Origin: Candidatus Eremiobacteria bacterium
Lineage (GTDB): Bacteria; Vulcanimicrobiota; Vulcanimicrobiia; Vulcanimicrobiales; Vulcanimicrobiaceae
DNA length: 64,000 nt
Reading direction: 5' to 3'
Assembly (NCBI GenBank): GCA_963737065.1
Contig: CAVTRC010000001.1
Location: 192,001-256,000 of the forward strand
The notes under the pieces: generated by a model
The model's database searches: none
What the model saw: only the letters and a program-made list of their open reading frames with translations
What the model was told of the DNA's origin: nothing
Translations under genes and position numbers: made by a program
Shown: one piece after another, positions 1-10,023 of the stretch
How positions within the stretch are numbered: the stretch's first letter is position 1
Layout of the letters: every line of letters starts with the position of its first letter

Positions 1-50
1 ACATAGCAGGTGACTTTAGCCAGCGAGGCTTTAGCTTTGATGGACAAAGT

Positions 51-1517
51 CTAGTAACTTTGCGCAAAGTATGCTCTCACCGTGGCTGGTTCGCCGCATG
101 CTACGCAACGCGCGCCCGGCTCATCGAGCGGGCGGGTAACGCGCGTTGTTGCGCCCGATTGCGCTTTCACGTGCGCTTCGCACTCCGCGCGCCCGCACCA
201 CGCGATGTCGATCATGCCGGCGCGCGCTTTCGCTTTGGCATAAAACTCGTCGCGATCGCGTACCGCGAAGGTGTGCGCGTCGAGGAACTGCTTCGCTTGC
301 GCATACAGCGACGACTGAATTTCTTCGAGCAGCGCGCGTAGTCGCTGCGCGAGCTGATCGATCGGCACGTCTTGCTTCTGTTCGGCATCCTCCTTCGCGC
401 GATCGCGCCGAACGAGCACCACATTTCCCTTATCGATGTCGCGCGGCCCGATGTCGATGCGAACCGGCACGCCCCGGACGTCCCATTCAGCGTATTTCCA
501 TCCCGGCTGCTGATCGCGATCGTCGACCTTGACCCGAAATCCGCCCTTGCGCAGCGCGGCAGCAGCTTCATGCGCAACATGCACGGCGCGATCGTCGCCG
601 GAGCGAACGATCGGCACGAATACCGCTTCCAGCGGCGCCATCTTCGGCGGAATACGCAGGCCGCGATCGTCGCCGTGCGCCATGATCATCGCGCCGAGCA
701 TGCGCCACGACATGCCCCATGACGTCGTGTACGCGTATTTTATCTGCTGATCGGCGTCGAGAAATTTGATGTCGTACGCTTTGGCAAAGTTTTGGCCGAG
801 GTCGTGCGACGTTGCGGACTGCAGCGCTTTCCCGTCCGGCATGAGTGCTTCGATCGAAAACGTTTCAACGGCGCCCGGAAACCGCTCGCTCGCGCTTTTG
901 ATGCCCGCGTAAACGGGCACGGCGGCAACGTTCTCGGCAAACTCGCGATACACGTCGAGCATCCGCAGCGTCTCTTCGCGCGCTTCCTGCGGGTGCGCGT
1001 GCGCCGTGTGCCCCTCTTGCCAAAGAAACTCCATGGTGCGCAAGAACGGGCGCGTGGACTTCTCCCAGCGCAGTACGTTCGCCCACTGATTGATCAGAAT
1101 CGGAAGATCGCGATACGACTCGACCCACTGCGAATACATAACGCCGATGATCACTTCGGATGTCGGACGGATCGCGAGCGGCTCCGTCAGCTCTTCTTGT
1201 CCGCCGCGCGTCACCCAAGCGACTTCCGGCGCGAAGCCCTCGACGTGTTCGGCTTCTTTGAGCAGCAGCGACTCCGGTATGAGCAGCGGGAAGTACGCGT
1301 TCTCGTGTCCGGTTTCTTTAAACGCGGCGTCGAGGTGCTTCTGAAGATTCTCCCACAAGCCATAGCCGTACGGCCGCAGGACCACGCAACCACGCACCGG
1401 AGAATACGACGAAAGTTCCGCCTTCAGACAGACGGCAGTGTACCATGCAGAAAGGTCGGCCGCCTTTTGCGGGATCTCCTTAACGTCCTTCGATTGGAGC
1501 GGCTCGGCGTCGGACAT
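51..1517 (-). CDS. proS: Proline--tRNA ligase, archaeal/eukaryote (Thermus)-type
   Basis: Motifs IRPTSE, PFLRTMEFLWQEGHT and TSWGMSWR, C-terminal Cys cluster and terminal Tyr. Start placed at ATG 1517 (MSDAEP). Confidence 0.97.
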   Translation of the reverse strand: MSDAEPLQSKDVKEIPQKAADLSAWYTAVCLKAELSSYSPVRGCVVLRPYGYGLWENLQKHLDAAFKETGHENAYFPLLIPESLLLKEAEHVEGFAPEVAWVTRGGQEELTEPLAIRPTSEVIIGVMYSQWVESYRDLPILINQWANVLRWEKSTRPFLRTMEFLWQEGHTAHAHPQEAREETLRMLDVYREFAENVAAVPVYAGIKSASERFPGAVETFSIEALMPDGKALQSATSHDLGQNFAKAYDIKFLDADQQIKYAYTTSWGMSWRMLGAMIMAHGDDRGLRIPPKMAPLEAVFVPIVRSGDDRAVHVAHEAAAALRKGGFRVKVDDRDQQPGWKYAEWDVRGVPVRIDIGPRDIDKGNVVLVRRDRAKEDAEQKQDVPIDQLAQRLRALLEEIQSSLYAQAKQFLDAHTFAVRDRDEFYAKAKARAGMIDIAWCGRAECEAHVKAQSGATTRVTRPLDEPGARCVACGEPATVRAYFAQSY

Positions 1518-1596
1518 GACCGGCCCCGCTTCGGCTCGCACGGCGGTGGGGCCTTGTGGCGGGAGCGACGCTGCTCGCCGCGTAAGCGCAATCAAC

Positions 1597-2196
1597 ATGC
1601 CCAAACTCACTCGCATTTACACGCGCACCGGCGACGAAGGCATGACCGGATTGGTCGGCGGGCAGCGTGTGAAAAAGAACGCGCTTCGCATCGAGGGCTA
1701 CGGAACGATCGACGAGACGTCGAGCGCGATCGGTCTTGCGCGCAGCGCGATGCGACCAATCCTCGCGGAAACGCCGCGCGCGGCGCGTTTGGATGCCTGG
1801 CTTGCGTGGACGCAAGATGCGCTCTTTAATCTCGGCAGCGACTTGGCAACGCTAGCCAAGGATCGTTGGGACGGCATGCCGCGCATTACGCAGGGCGACG
1901 TCGACGCGCTGGAGCGCGCAATCGATGAAGCGCAACGGGATCTCCCGCCACTCGACACCTTCATTCATCCCGGCGGGTCGATGGCCGGCGCATTCCTGCA
2001 TCTTGCGCGCACGGTCTGCCGCCGTGCAGAGCGCCTGCTGGTGCCGCTGCGCGACGAAGACGGTGACATTTCAGGCGAAGCGATCCGGTACGTGAATCGC
2101 TTGTCGGATGCGCTCTTCGTCTGGTCGCGGTGGATCAGTGAGGCCGTCGACGAGCCCGAATATCTTTGGAATCCCGCGACCAAAGCGCCCGAATAA
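1597..2196 (+). CDS. PduO-type ATP:cob(I)alamin adenosyltransferase
   Basis: IYTRTGDxG, YGTIDE, LHLARTVCRRAER, YVNRLSD. ATG at 1597. Confidence 0.93.
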   Translation: MPKLTRIYTRTGDEGMTGLVGGQRVKKNALRIEGYGTIDETSSAIGLARSAMRPILAETPRAARLDAWLAWTQDALFNLGSDLATLAKDRWDGMPRITQGDVDALERAIDEAQRDLPPLDTFIHPGGSMAGAFLHLARTVCRRAERLLVPLRDEDGDISGEAIRYVNRLSDALFVWSRWISEAVDEPEYLWNPATKAPE

Positions 2197-2197
2197 C

Positions 2198-4867
2198 ATG
2201 CGCAGTTGGCTACCGGTAATTCTGGCGTGCGTGTTTGCGTTTACGCCGAGATCGCCCGCATGCGCGGCGATCGGCGTTTCGGGCATCGTCATCGATGCGT
2301 CATCGGGCGTTGCGCTTGCGTCAACGCGCGTACAGGTCGTCGAAACGCGCGCGTGGACGCTCACCGATGCGTCCGGCCGGTTCACCGTCGACGTCGCGCG
2401 GACGGGATCGTATCACATTGCGTTGACGCGCGCGGGCTATCAGCCGGCGCTTTCGGCCGTCGTTCACGTCGGCGCTTCACGCGTCGCCGTGACGCTCGTG
2501 ATGCATCGCGCAACCGACAATCTTCGAACGATCGCCGTAACGTCGACGTCGCGTTCGCAGAGCATCGTTCAACCGAGCACGTACACCGTGACGCTCAATG
2601 CGGAGCAACTGACGCGCAGCGGACGCGTTCGCGCGGCGGATTCACTGCGTCAGATTCCGGGCGTCAATAACGGCATCACCGGCGACACCGGTGCGCTCGG
2701 CGACGACGTGAACTTGAGCATTCGCGGCATCGGCACGGCGGAAACGATTGCGGCAATCGACGGTCATCCGGTCGGCTACGGCATCAAGGGCGGCTACAAC
2801 TATCAGCTTTCGCCGGTATATCCGTACCGCAACATTTCCGTGCTCTTTGGTTCGGGCGGTAGCGACATTCTGGGCGTCAACGCGATCGGCGGGGTCGTGA
2901 ACTTTTCGACCCTCGACCCGACCCTCGATCAACGCGTCTCTGCAACGCAAGGCTACGGAACCTTTGAACGCCTCGCGACAAACATCGGCGCGACCGGCAC
3001 GGCGGGGAAGGCCGGTTATGCGTTCTCGTACGGAGCCTCGGGGCTCGACGGGCCGTTCCGTAATGCAACGTTTTACCAGCCCGCTGCGTCGTCCGATGTT
3101 TCCGCCCCGCCCGGAACGCTCCCATACGATCGCGCGATCTACACCGATGACTCATCCGTAACGTCGAAAGCCGGACTCGTAAAGCTTCGCTTCGATCCGA
3201 GCAGTACGACGTCCGTGACGTTCACCGGCGTGACGCAATCGTACTGGGAGAATAAAACCGGGAACGGCGACGGCGATTATCTTCCCTACGACACCGCGCT
3301 TGCACGTGCGAGCGCGCGGCTCGCAACCAACGGGTCCGGCAGCTGTTCACCGGGACAGCTGCAGACGCATAACCAATACCCGGTCGACGGCCAGGCGCAG
3401 GGATGCCAAACACCCGCGCAATTCGCGGCGCTCAACGCCGGTTGGCAAGGCGCGGGTCCGGCGTGGCATTCGTTCAATCTTTGGTATGATAACGGCGAGC
3501 TTCGTCAGCGCCTCGGCGCGGGCACGCTGCGTTTCGATGGTTTCACCACGCGCTACGAGGACACGCAGTGGCGCGACAATCTACCGTTCAAAAAGGTGCC
3601 GGGCGACACGCGAAAGACGACGTTCGAAAGCGTCACCACATCGGGTAGTTCGTTTTCGTACGATGTCGAGAATTCAAATAACGATTTCGAGGGCGGGCTC
3701 AACTACCTCAATAACGCGTACCGTTATGCAACAATGAGGGTTAGCAGCTCCTCCGAATCCGACCCGTTTGCAACCGAGTCGTCGTATTTCTTGCGCGACG
3801 TCTACCATCACGAATCCTCGCCGTTCACGATTCTCGCGAATCTCTGGTTGAAACGAGCGGCGCTGACCCGCTCATCGTACACCGATGCGCGATTGTCGGC
3901 GCTCGAGCATCTCGATGCGCACGACGTCGTGCGCGTCGCGTACGGTGCGACGACGACGGAGCCGACGGCAGACGAACTGAGGCAGCCGTTCTCTGCCGGT
4001 GCACTCGCGGAGGGGACACTGCAAGGCGCGGGCGGCGGACAGTCGTACGTGTGCGGAGGGTTGAACTCGCTCGGAACCGGCGCGCCGCAGTTGCAATCGT
4101 CGCTCATTCCCGAGCGCGGCGTCGACTATGAAGCCGCGTATGCGCACGGTTGGAAGAACGGCTCGACGTTCACCGCGCAGCTGTACGACGTCAATGTCTT
4201 CGACAAGCTCTTTCCGACGATCGTGCCGCTCTCGCAGACCGGGACGGCGTTTTTGCCCGCGAATGCCGTCGCGAATGCGACCACCGCCCTCGACTCCGTC
4301 TGCGGAGCCGGCAATTACGACCTGGGCGTGACACAAACGCTCAACGTCGGAACGATGCGCGCGCAGGGCGCCGATCTGTCGGGACGCTGGCGGTTCACGT
4401 CTCGCCTGTTCGCCGACTATGACTGGGCGGTGACGTCCACGACGCTGGTCGACGCGCCCCCGGGATTGCTGGCGTCAAATCTGACGTACATCCCCGGCAG
4501 TCAGCTGGCGCGCGTGCCGCTCCACACGTTCGACGGTTCGCTCGACGCACTCGTGGGCCGAAATCTCGACATTCGCTACACGCTGCATACCGTTTCTGCG
4601 AACAACACGAAAGCGTTACCGGCGTACAACTACAGCGATCTGCTTCTGACGTACACGCCGCCCGGCAACGGCACGCTGACGTGCTTCATATCGAATCTGT
4701 TCGATCAATACGCAAACATCGCCGGACTGATCGGCATGGGCGTCCCGCTACCGCTCAACAACTACGCGAACATGGCAAGCTACACGCCGCTCATCGGCAC
4801 GTCTGCAACGGAACGATACGGATTGCCGTATCGCCAAATTTACTTCAGCTACCAGTTCCATTGGTGA
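2198..4867 (+). CDS. TonB-dependent outer-membrane receptor with N-terminal carboxypeptidase-regulatory-like domain
   Basis: Signal peptide, TDASGRF beta domain, plug motifs (LRQIPGV, SIRGIG, NAIGGVVNF), PERG and NLFD barrel motifs, aromatic C-terminus (YQFHW). Confidence 0.88.
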   Translation: MRSWLPVILACVFAFTPRSPACAAIGVSGIVIDASSGVALASTRVQVVETRAWTLTDASGRFTVDVARTGSYHIALTRAGYQPALSAVVHVGASRVAVTLVMHRATDNLRTIAVTSTSRSQSIVQPSTYTVTLNAEQLTRSGRVRAADSLRQIPGVNNGITGDTGALGDDVNLSIRGIGTAETIAAIDGHPVGYGIKGGYNYQLSPVYPYRNISVLFGSGGSDILGVNAIGGVVNFSTLDPTLDQRVSATQGYGTFERLATNIGATGTAGKAGYAFSYGASGLDGPFRNATFYQPAASSDVSAPPGTLPYDRAIYTDDSSVTSKAGLVKLRFDPSSTTSVTFTGVTQSYWENKTGNGDGDYLPYDTALARASARLATNGSGSCSPGQLQTHNQYPVDGQAQGCQTPAQFAALNAGWQGAGPAWHSFNLWYDNGELRQRLGAGTLRFDGFTTRYEDTQWRDNLPFKKVPGDTRKTTFESVTTSGSSFSYDVENSNNDFEGGLNYLNNAYRYATMRVSSSSESDPFATESSYFLRDVYHHESSPFTILANLWLKRAALTRSSYTDARLSALEHLDAHDVVRVAYGATTTEPTADELRQPFSAGALAEGTLQGAGGGQSYVCGGLNSLGTGAPQLQSSLIPERGVDYEAAYAHGWKNGSTFTAQLYDVNVFDKLFPTIVPLSQTGTAFLPANAVANATTALDSVCGAGNYDLGVTQTLNVGTMRAQGADLSGRWRFTSRLFADYDWAVTSTTLVDAPPGLLASNLTYIPGSQLARVPLHTFDGSLDALVGRNLDIRYTLHTVSANNTKALPAYNYSDLLLTYTPPGNGTLTCFISNLFDQYANIAGLIGMGVPLPLNNYANMASYTPLIGTSATERYGLPYRQIYFSYQFHW

Positions 4868-5089
4868 GCGTTTCTCGCGGGCTACGCAATCGCTTAACTT
4901 CGTAGACCGGGGTTGCAGCCGGAAGCCTTTCAAACATGCGAAAACCGCGCGCTGAAGTGTCGAGGGCAATCTTCGCGTCGTTGCTTTTCTGCTATAGGAC
5001 CGGTCCGGCTAAATCTTCGTTACCGGTGTGCTAATCACCCGAATCGCTTGCGAGGAAAACAGGGCATGAGGCGGCGTATACGCAGCGCA

Positions 5090-5587
5090 ATGAAGCCGCA
5101 AATCCTCGGAGCGCTCGTATTGGCGACGGCGGCTACTGCGCTGCCCTTCGTCGAAACATCGGCGACCGTTCTTCCGCCGCTCGCAGGATCACGATGTCCG
5201 CTCGCGCAATCCGGCCGAGCGCTCGCGCAATACATCGGGCCACAGCGTAGAGCAAACGAAATCACGCAGATCGCAGTGCTGTCTAAATACGATTCAGTCT
5301 TAGGCTGGATCTACTACACATTCAGCGGCCAAGAATGGTTTGAGCCGAACTTCACCGTTGCGTTAAGCGCAACGTCAAGCCGGATCGTGAACGGAAAGTC
5401 CTCCGGCGGCGTGGCATATCTCCGCGCGCACGATGCCGTCGCGATACATGCTGCAACACTCGACGTCGTACGACTCTACGGCTTACCGGCATCGGACCTT
5501 CCCGCTGGCTATTCCGTCGAGTCGCTAGCGGCAAAGGACGTCACACTAGCGAACTGTTTCAGCCGTCCCTACGAAGGAGCGCAGTAA
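5090..5587 (+). CDS. Hypothetical secreted protein
   Basis: Signal-like N-terminus MKPQILGALVLATAATA and two Cys. No family recognised; start uncertain. Confidence 0.6.
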   Translation: MKPQILGALVLATAATALPFVETSATVLPPLAGSRCPLAQSGRALAQYIGPQRRANEITQIAVLSKYDSVLGWIYYTFSGQEWFEPNFTVALSATSSRIVNGKSSGGVAYLRAHDAVAIHAATLDVVRLYGLPASDLPAGYSVESLAAKDVTLANCFSRPYEGAQ

Positions 5588-5808
5588 GCTGCGAAGCTCG
5601 CCGTTTCGGCGCGTGCAGCCTTCATACGTAAAGCGTGGGGGCGCGGGCCCGCAACCGCGTGAAGAGCGCGTCGCTACGAGCAATCGCGTGTAATGCTTGC
5701 TTCAGCTCGATGCGGCGCAAGACTTCGCCGGGGTGATAGATGGCGCGAACCTCGTGCGTCCGCTTGAAGCGACGAGCCGTGGAACTGCGATGGCCATAAC
5801 GGTTGAAA

Positions 5809-6342
5809 TCATGGCAGCCTCATCAGCCGATAACGCAGCATCGCCGCGAGCGTCACCGCGTCGTCGATCGTGCCGTCGAGCGCGGCGCGATACGCGTCGT
5901 CGATCGGCATGCGCACTTCTTTGATCTCTTCGACGTGTTCTTGATCCGTCTCTACGCGCAGCAGTCGTGACGCGAGGAACAGAGCAACGGGGGAATCCAT
6001 GATCGACGGAATCTCATACGTTGCGCCGAGCGGTGTCCATTGCGCCGCGTGGAGACCGAGTTCTTCTCGCAACTCCCTTTTCGCGCAATCGAATGCGGAT
6101 TCGCCGTCGCCCGCGCCCCCTTTCACAATCTCCACGTATTGCGCGCGCGCGCCGAAGCGCGGCTGCGACGCGAAAAGAAACGCATCGCCTTCAACGACGA
6201 GCACGCCGCTCGGGCGGCCGCCCACAACCAATACGTGTTCACCGCGTGCGCCCGTTGGATGGACGATCTCGTGCACCTCGACCGCAAGCCACGGATTGCG
6301 GTACACCTCGCGCTTCGCGATGCGCTGATAGGGATCGTTCAT
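5809..6342 (-). CDS. NUDIX hydrolase (ADP-ribose pyrophosphatase-like)
   Basis: Nudix box GGAGDGESAFDCAKRELREELG. Confidence 0.9.
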   Translation of the reverse strand: MNDPYQRIAKREVYRNPWLAVEVHEIVHPTGARGEHVLVVGGRPSGVLVVEGDAFLFASQPRFGARAQYVEIVKGGAGDGESAFDCAKRELREELGLHAAQWTPLGATYEIPSIMDSPVALFLASRLLRVETDQEHVEEIKEVRMPIDDAYRAALDGTIDDAVTLAAMLRYRLMRLP

Positions 6343-6395
6343 AGGACGTTCCTTTCCGGGGGGACGGCCGACCCGTCCTTGCGAACGTGCGCGGA

Positions 6396-7922
6396 ATGTC
6401 CTTTGTGTCCCAGCTGTTCGCGACGACGAACGTCGACAAACTTCGCGCGCTCGGTGCGCAGAGAATTCTCAAACGAGCGCTCACGGCAAAGGACCTGGTC
6501 GCGATCGGCCTCGGCACGATGATCGGCGGCGGCATCTTCACGACGATCGGCACGGGCGTCAAAGGCGCCGGCCCGGCGGTCATCGTCTCATATCTGCTCG
6601 CCGGACTCACGTCGTTCTTCGCGGCGCTCTGCTATGCGGAACTCGGATCGATGGTTCCGGTCGCGGGAAGTGCCTACACGTACGCGTATGCAACGCTCGG
6701 CAAACTCTTTGCATGGATCATCGGATTCGCGTTGATTTTCGAATACGGCATTAGTGCCGCGCCGGTCGCACAGCAATTTTCCGCTGCGATTCAAGACGTG
6801 CTAAAGACGATTGGAATCGCACTTCCAAACTGGGCCCAACAGTCGAATCTGATCATGCACGGACCGTGGTGGCAGATCTGGACGTGGGATTTCGCGCACT
6901 CGCAGTACGACCTCGTCGGTGCCTTGTTCGTGATCGGCCTATCGATGATTCTCTCGGTCGGCATCCGTGAATCGGCGACGACGAACAACGTCTTCGTCGT
7001 ACTCAAAATCTCAGCACTCATCATTTTCGTCATTGCGGGCGTGTCGCTATTTCACGGCGCACATTTCGCTCAGTTTGCGCCGCACGGATGGGGCGCGCTT
7101 CAACCGTTCGGCGGCATGGCGGATTACATGTCGTCGGCGCAGCCGTACGGTATCATTGCGATCTCGGCATACGTCTTCTTCAGCTACATCGGGTTTGATA
7201 CGGCAACGACGACCGCGGAAGAATGTAAGAATCCTCAATTCGACGTGCCGATGGGTGTGATGGGCGCTCTTGCGATCGGAACGCTCATCTATTGCGCTAC
7301 CGCGATCATCCTCATCGGTGCCGTACCGTGGAATCAAGTGCCGATCAAAGACCCGCTCGTGTACGCGCTTGCACCATTGCATCAGCCTTGGCTCACATGG
7401 GTGATTACGATCGGCGTGCTCGCGGGAACGACCAGCGTCGCGCTAAGCTCGCTGCTCGGTCAGACGCGTATCTTTTACGTTATGGCGCGCGATAAGATGC
7501 TTCCCGACGCTGTCGCGTACGTCAATCCGCGTTTCAAAACGCCGGTCCGCACCACGATGCTGACCGGCGTTGCGGTCGCGCTTCTCACGCTGATCGTACC
7601 GCTCAATGAGTTGCTGAATCTCGTGAACATTGGAACGCTCATCGCCTTCACCGTCGTCTGCGGAGGCGTCATCTACCTGCGCAAGCGCCGACCGGATCTC
7701 CCGCGCGCGTTCCGCGTGCCGTTCGTGCCGCTCTTCCCGATCCTCGGCATCGTATGCTCGCTTTTCCTCGCGATCTTTGGGCTGTCGAGAACCACCTGGT
7801 CGTGGTTTGCCGGAGCGCTGATCGTCGGCTTGATCTTCTTCTTTAGCTACGGCTTCCGTAAATCGAATCCCGAAAACGTTAAGCCGGTGGAAGAGCCCGA
7901 AGGCCTCGCGGAATACGCGTGA
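6396..7922 (+). CDS. APC-family amino acid permease
   Basis: GTMIGGGIF, YAELGSMVPVAGSAY, FSYIGFD, RIFYVMARD and many TM segments. Confidence 0.93.
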   Translation: MSFVSQLFATTNVDKLRALGAQRILKRALTAKDLVAIGLGTMIGGGIFTTIGTGVKGAGPAVIVSYLLAGLTSFFAALCYAELGSMVPVAGSAYTYAYATLGKLFAWIIGFALIFEYGISAAPVAQQFSAAIQDVLKTIGIALPNWAQQSNLIMHGPWWQIWTWDFAHSQYDLVGALFVIGLSMILSVGIRESATTNNVFVVLKISALIIFVIAGVSLFHGAHFAQFAPHGWGALQPFGGMADYMSSAQPYGIIAISAYVFFSYIGFDTATTTAEECKNPQFDVPMGVMGALAIGTLIYCATAIILIGAVPWNQVPIKDPLVYALAPLHQPWLTWVITIGVLAGTTSVALSSLLGQTRIFYVMARDKMLPDAVAYVNPRFKTPVRTTMLTGVAVALLTLIVPLNELLNLVNIGTLIAFTVVCGGVIYLRKRRPDLPRAFRVPFVPLFPILGIVCSLFLAIFGLSRTTWSWFAGALIVGLIFFFSYGFRKSNPENVKPVEEPEGLAEYA

Positions 7923-8311
7923 AGCTACCGTTTGATCCGCCGACCGTTCAACGAAAGGACGTTCGGGCGCTGTCGGCCGTATTCGTCAGCGTGCTCTTCG
8001 GTCTCGGCGCATATTGCGCAGCGATGCGCGGTACGTTCTACCCGGACAAACCGTACTGGCACGTCCTCGGAACGTTTCTTCTATCGAACGCTGTGGCATG
8101 GGTGCTCATCATTTTCGTGGTACGGCCGCTTCGTGGAATGCCGCCGCTGATTCGAAAGAGGCCGCAAGACGATTTCGAAACGTGGCTTACGGGTTATGGC
8201 TTTCGTTGGGGGCGCTTACGTGAACGGTACAGCACGAACGAACTGATTTGGCTCTTTGGTGTGCTCGTGGTCCCCTGCGTCGCCGCATTCGTCTCGTCTA
8301 TACGAATGTAG
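7919..8311 (+). CDS. Small membrane protein, unknown function
   Basis: Three hydrophobic segments; GTGA overlap with the permease stop. Confidence 0.65.
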   Translation: MKLPFDPPTVQRKDVRALSAVFVSVLFGLGAYCAAMRGTFYPDKPYWHVLGTFLLSNAVAWVLIIFVVRPLRGMPPLIRKRPQDDFETWLTGYGFRWGRLRERYSTNELIWLFGVLVVPCVAAFVSSIRM

Positions 8312-8346
8312 ACCGAACGCAAGCGGTCCCGGGGCGCCAAGGAAAG

Positions 8347-8817
8347 TTATTGTGTGTCGGGTGACGCGGGCGTGGCGGCGGTACCGAGGCCGGAGAGGAT
8401 TTCTACGCGCGCACTTCGCGCGTTGTAGCTGGCGCTGACGCCGAAAGCATCGGCGATCGGTTTGAGCCCGATCATAACGCGGCCGCGAACGCGAAACGGC
8501 GCGTGATGCATCGTGAAATGCATGCCGTTGATCGTTGCCTTGTCGCTGCCCAGTTGGACGCGTAGCGATCGCGTGCCGCGCACAACGAAGATCTTGTCTC
8601 CGTCGAGGATCGTTTGCGCGCCGAGCGCATCCGCGACCGACCGTAGCGGCACGTAGACGCGTTGCGCCGAAGTTGTGACGGGCGGCACGTCGCTCTGCAC
8701 CGGTTGACCATCGACGAGCATGTCGACCGGCCGCGAGAAGGTCAGTATTCCACCGCACGCCGTTGCAACGATCGCGGTGACGATCAGCGTTTGCGCGCGC
8801 GGCCAGCGGTACACCAC
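8347..8817 (-). CDS. Copper amine oxidase N-terminal (stalk) domain protein
   Basis: YVPLRSVADALGA and GRVMIGLKPIADAFG repeats after a signal/TM segment. Confidence 0.8.
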   Translation of the reverse strand: MVYRWPRAQTLIVTAIVATACGGILTFSRPVDMLVDGQPVQSDVPPVTTSAQRVYVPLRSVADALGAQTILDGDKIFVVRGTRSLRVQLGSDKATINGMHFTMHHAPFRVRGRVMIGLKPIADAFGVSASYNARSARVEILSGLGTAATPASPDTQ

Positions 8818-9962
8818 TAATGAGCCTGTCCTGAACCTGTCGAAGGATGTTCCGGGTATTTTTCTGCGATCACTTTCTCGATTTCTAGTCGCAACATGCC
8901 GAGAAGTTGATCTTCGGGAAACGTGCCGACCAGCTCACCCGCGCGGTAGATCGCACCCTTACCCTTGCCGCCCGCTACGCCGACGTCGGCCATCTTCGAT
9001 TCGCCTGGGCCATTGACGACGCAGCCCATGACGGCTACTTTCACAGGCGCCGTATACTCTTTCGCAATCGCTTCGACCGCGCGCCCCAGTTCAAGCACCG
9101 AAATTTCGGCGCGCCCGCACGACGGGCATGCGGTGATTTCGAATCCTTTTTCGCGCAAGCCGAGCGACTTCAAAATCGACCAGCACACCGGCACTTCTTC
9201 GATCGGATCGGCTGCAAGCGACACGCGGACTGTATCGCCGATGCCTTCGAAGAGAAGAATGCCCAGACCAATCGAGGATTTGATCGTGCCGTCGCGGAGC
9301 AGTCCCGCTTCCGTGATGCCGAGATGCAGCGGATATGGCGTGTCGCGCTCGCGAAGGCGTTTGTCCATCAGGCGATACGCTGCAACGGTCGTCATAACGT
9401 CGTGCGCTTTGAGCGAGATTGCGATATCGTGGTGGCCGTACTCCTCGATCAGTTCCACGTGGCGCAACGCAGACTCGACCATAGCCTCCGCCGTGTGGCC
9501 GAGCGTCTTCTCGAGATCGGGCGCAAGCGAACCCATGTTCACGCCGACCCGAATCGGAATACCCTTTGCTTTCGCCGCCGTGACCACTTCGGCGACCTTC
9601 TTCGGATCGCGAATGTTGCCCGGATTGAGCCGCAACTTCGCGACCCCGGCTTCGATTGCGGCGAGCGCCATTTTGTGATCGAAATGAATGTCCGCGACGA
9701 TCGGAACGGGCGAACGATAGACGATCGCCGGAAGTCCGGCGGCGTCGGGTGGGTCTTTCACGGTCACGCGAACGACTTCACACCCTTCCATTGCAAGGCC
9801 GTAAATCTGTTCGAGCGTTTTATCGGCGTCCGCTGTATCCGTCGTCGTCATTGACTGCACGACAACGGGATGATCGCCGCCGATCCACACGCTCTTCGCA
9901 TCGGCTTTGCCGGTTTTGTTCTGAAGAAAAATCGGCTTCGACTTACGGCGCAAACGAATCAC
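8817..9962 (-). CDS. ispG: (E)-4-hydroxy-3-methylbut-2-enyl-diphosphate synthase
   Basis: VQSMT, ADIHF, NPGNI, HLGITEAG, CPSCGR, MGCVVNGPGE. Confidence 0.98.
   Translation of the reverse strand: MIRLRRKSKPIFLQNKTGKADAKSVWIGGDHPVVVQSMTTTDTADADKTLEQIYGLAMEGCEVVRVTVKDPPDAAGLPAIVYRSPVPIVADIHFDHKMALAAIEAGVAKLRLNPGNIRDPKKVAEVVTAAKAKGIPIRVGVNMGSLAPDLEKTLGHTAEAMVESALRHVELIEEYGHHDIAISLKAHDVMTTVAAYRLMDKRLRERDTPYPLHLGITEAGLLRDGTIKSSIGLGILLFEGIGDTVRVSLAADPIEEVPVCWSILKSLGLREKGFEITACPSCGRAEISVLELGRAVEAIAKEYTAPVKVAVMGCVVNGPGESKMADVGVAGGKGKGAIYRAGELVGTFPEDQLLGMLRLEIEKVIAEKYPEHPSTGSGQAH
8823..8846. repeat. REP-like 24-mer, copy 1 (in ispG 3' end)
   Basis: agcctgtcctgaacctgtcgaagg, 22/24 identical to 12336-12359. 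Confidence 0.8.
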
Positions 9963-10023
9963 GAGTGTTTCCCGCCGTTGCTACAGCGCCGACCGGCTGA
10001 CGCGTTGTTGATGGGGGCAAACA

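Noticed and set aside
12..51. Imperfect hairpin downstream of proS
   Set aside because: Weak stem, no U-tract and at the window edge, so it cannot be called a terminator or repeat.
792..1829. Long antisense ORFs (also 8907-9854, 15479-16360, 23826-25211, 36226-37632, 41046-42758, 45698-47083)
   Set aside because: They are shadows of well-supported genes on the opposite strand, expected in high-GC DNA, and show no motifs.
5010..5037. Weak sigma28-like match TAAA-N16-GCTAATCA (and AACGATAC near 58612-58619)
   Set aside because: The first lacks the CCGA core and the second lacks a -35 at the right spacing.
5622..5816. Protein-like open frame on the minus strand after the NUDIX gene
   Set aside because: No convincing start codon and no recognisable homology.
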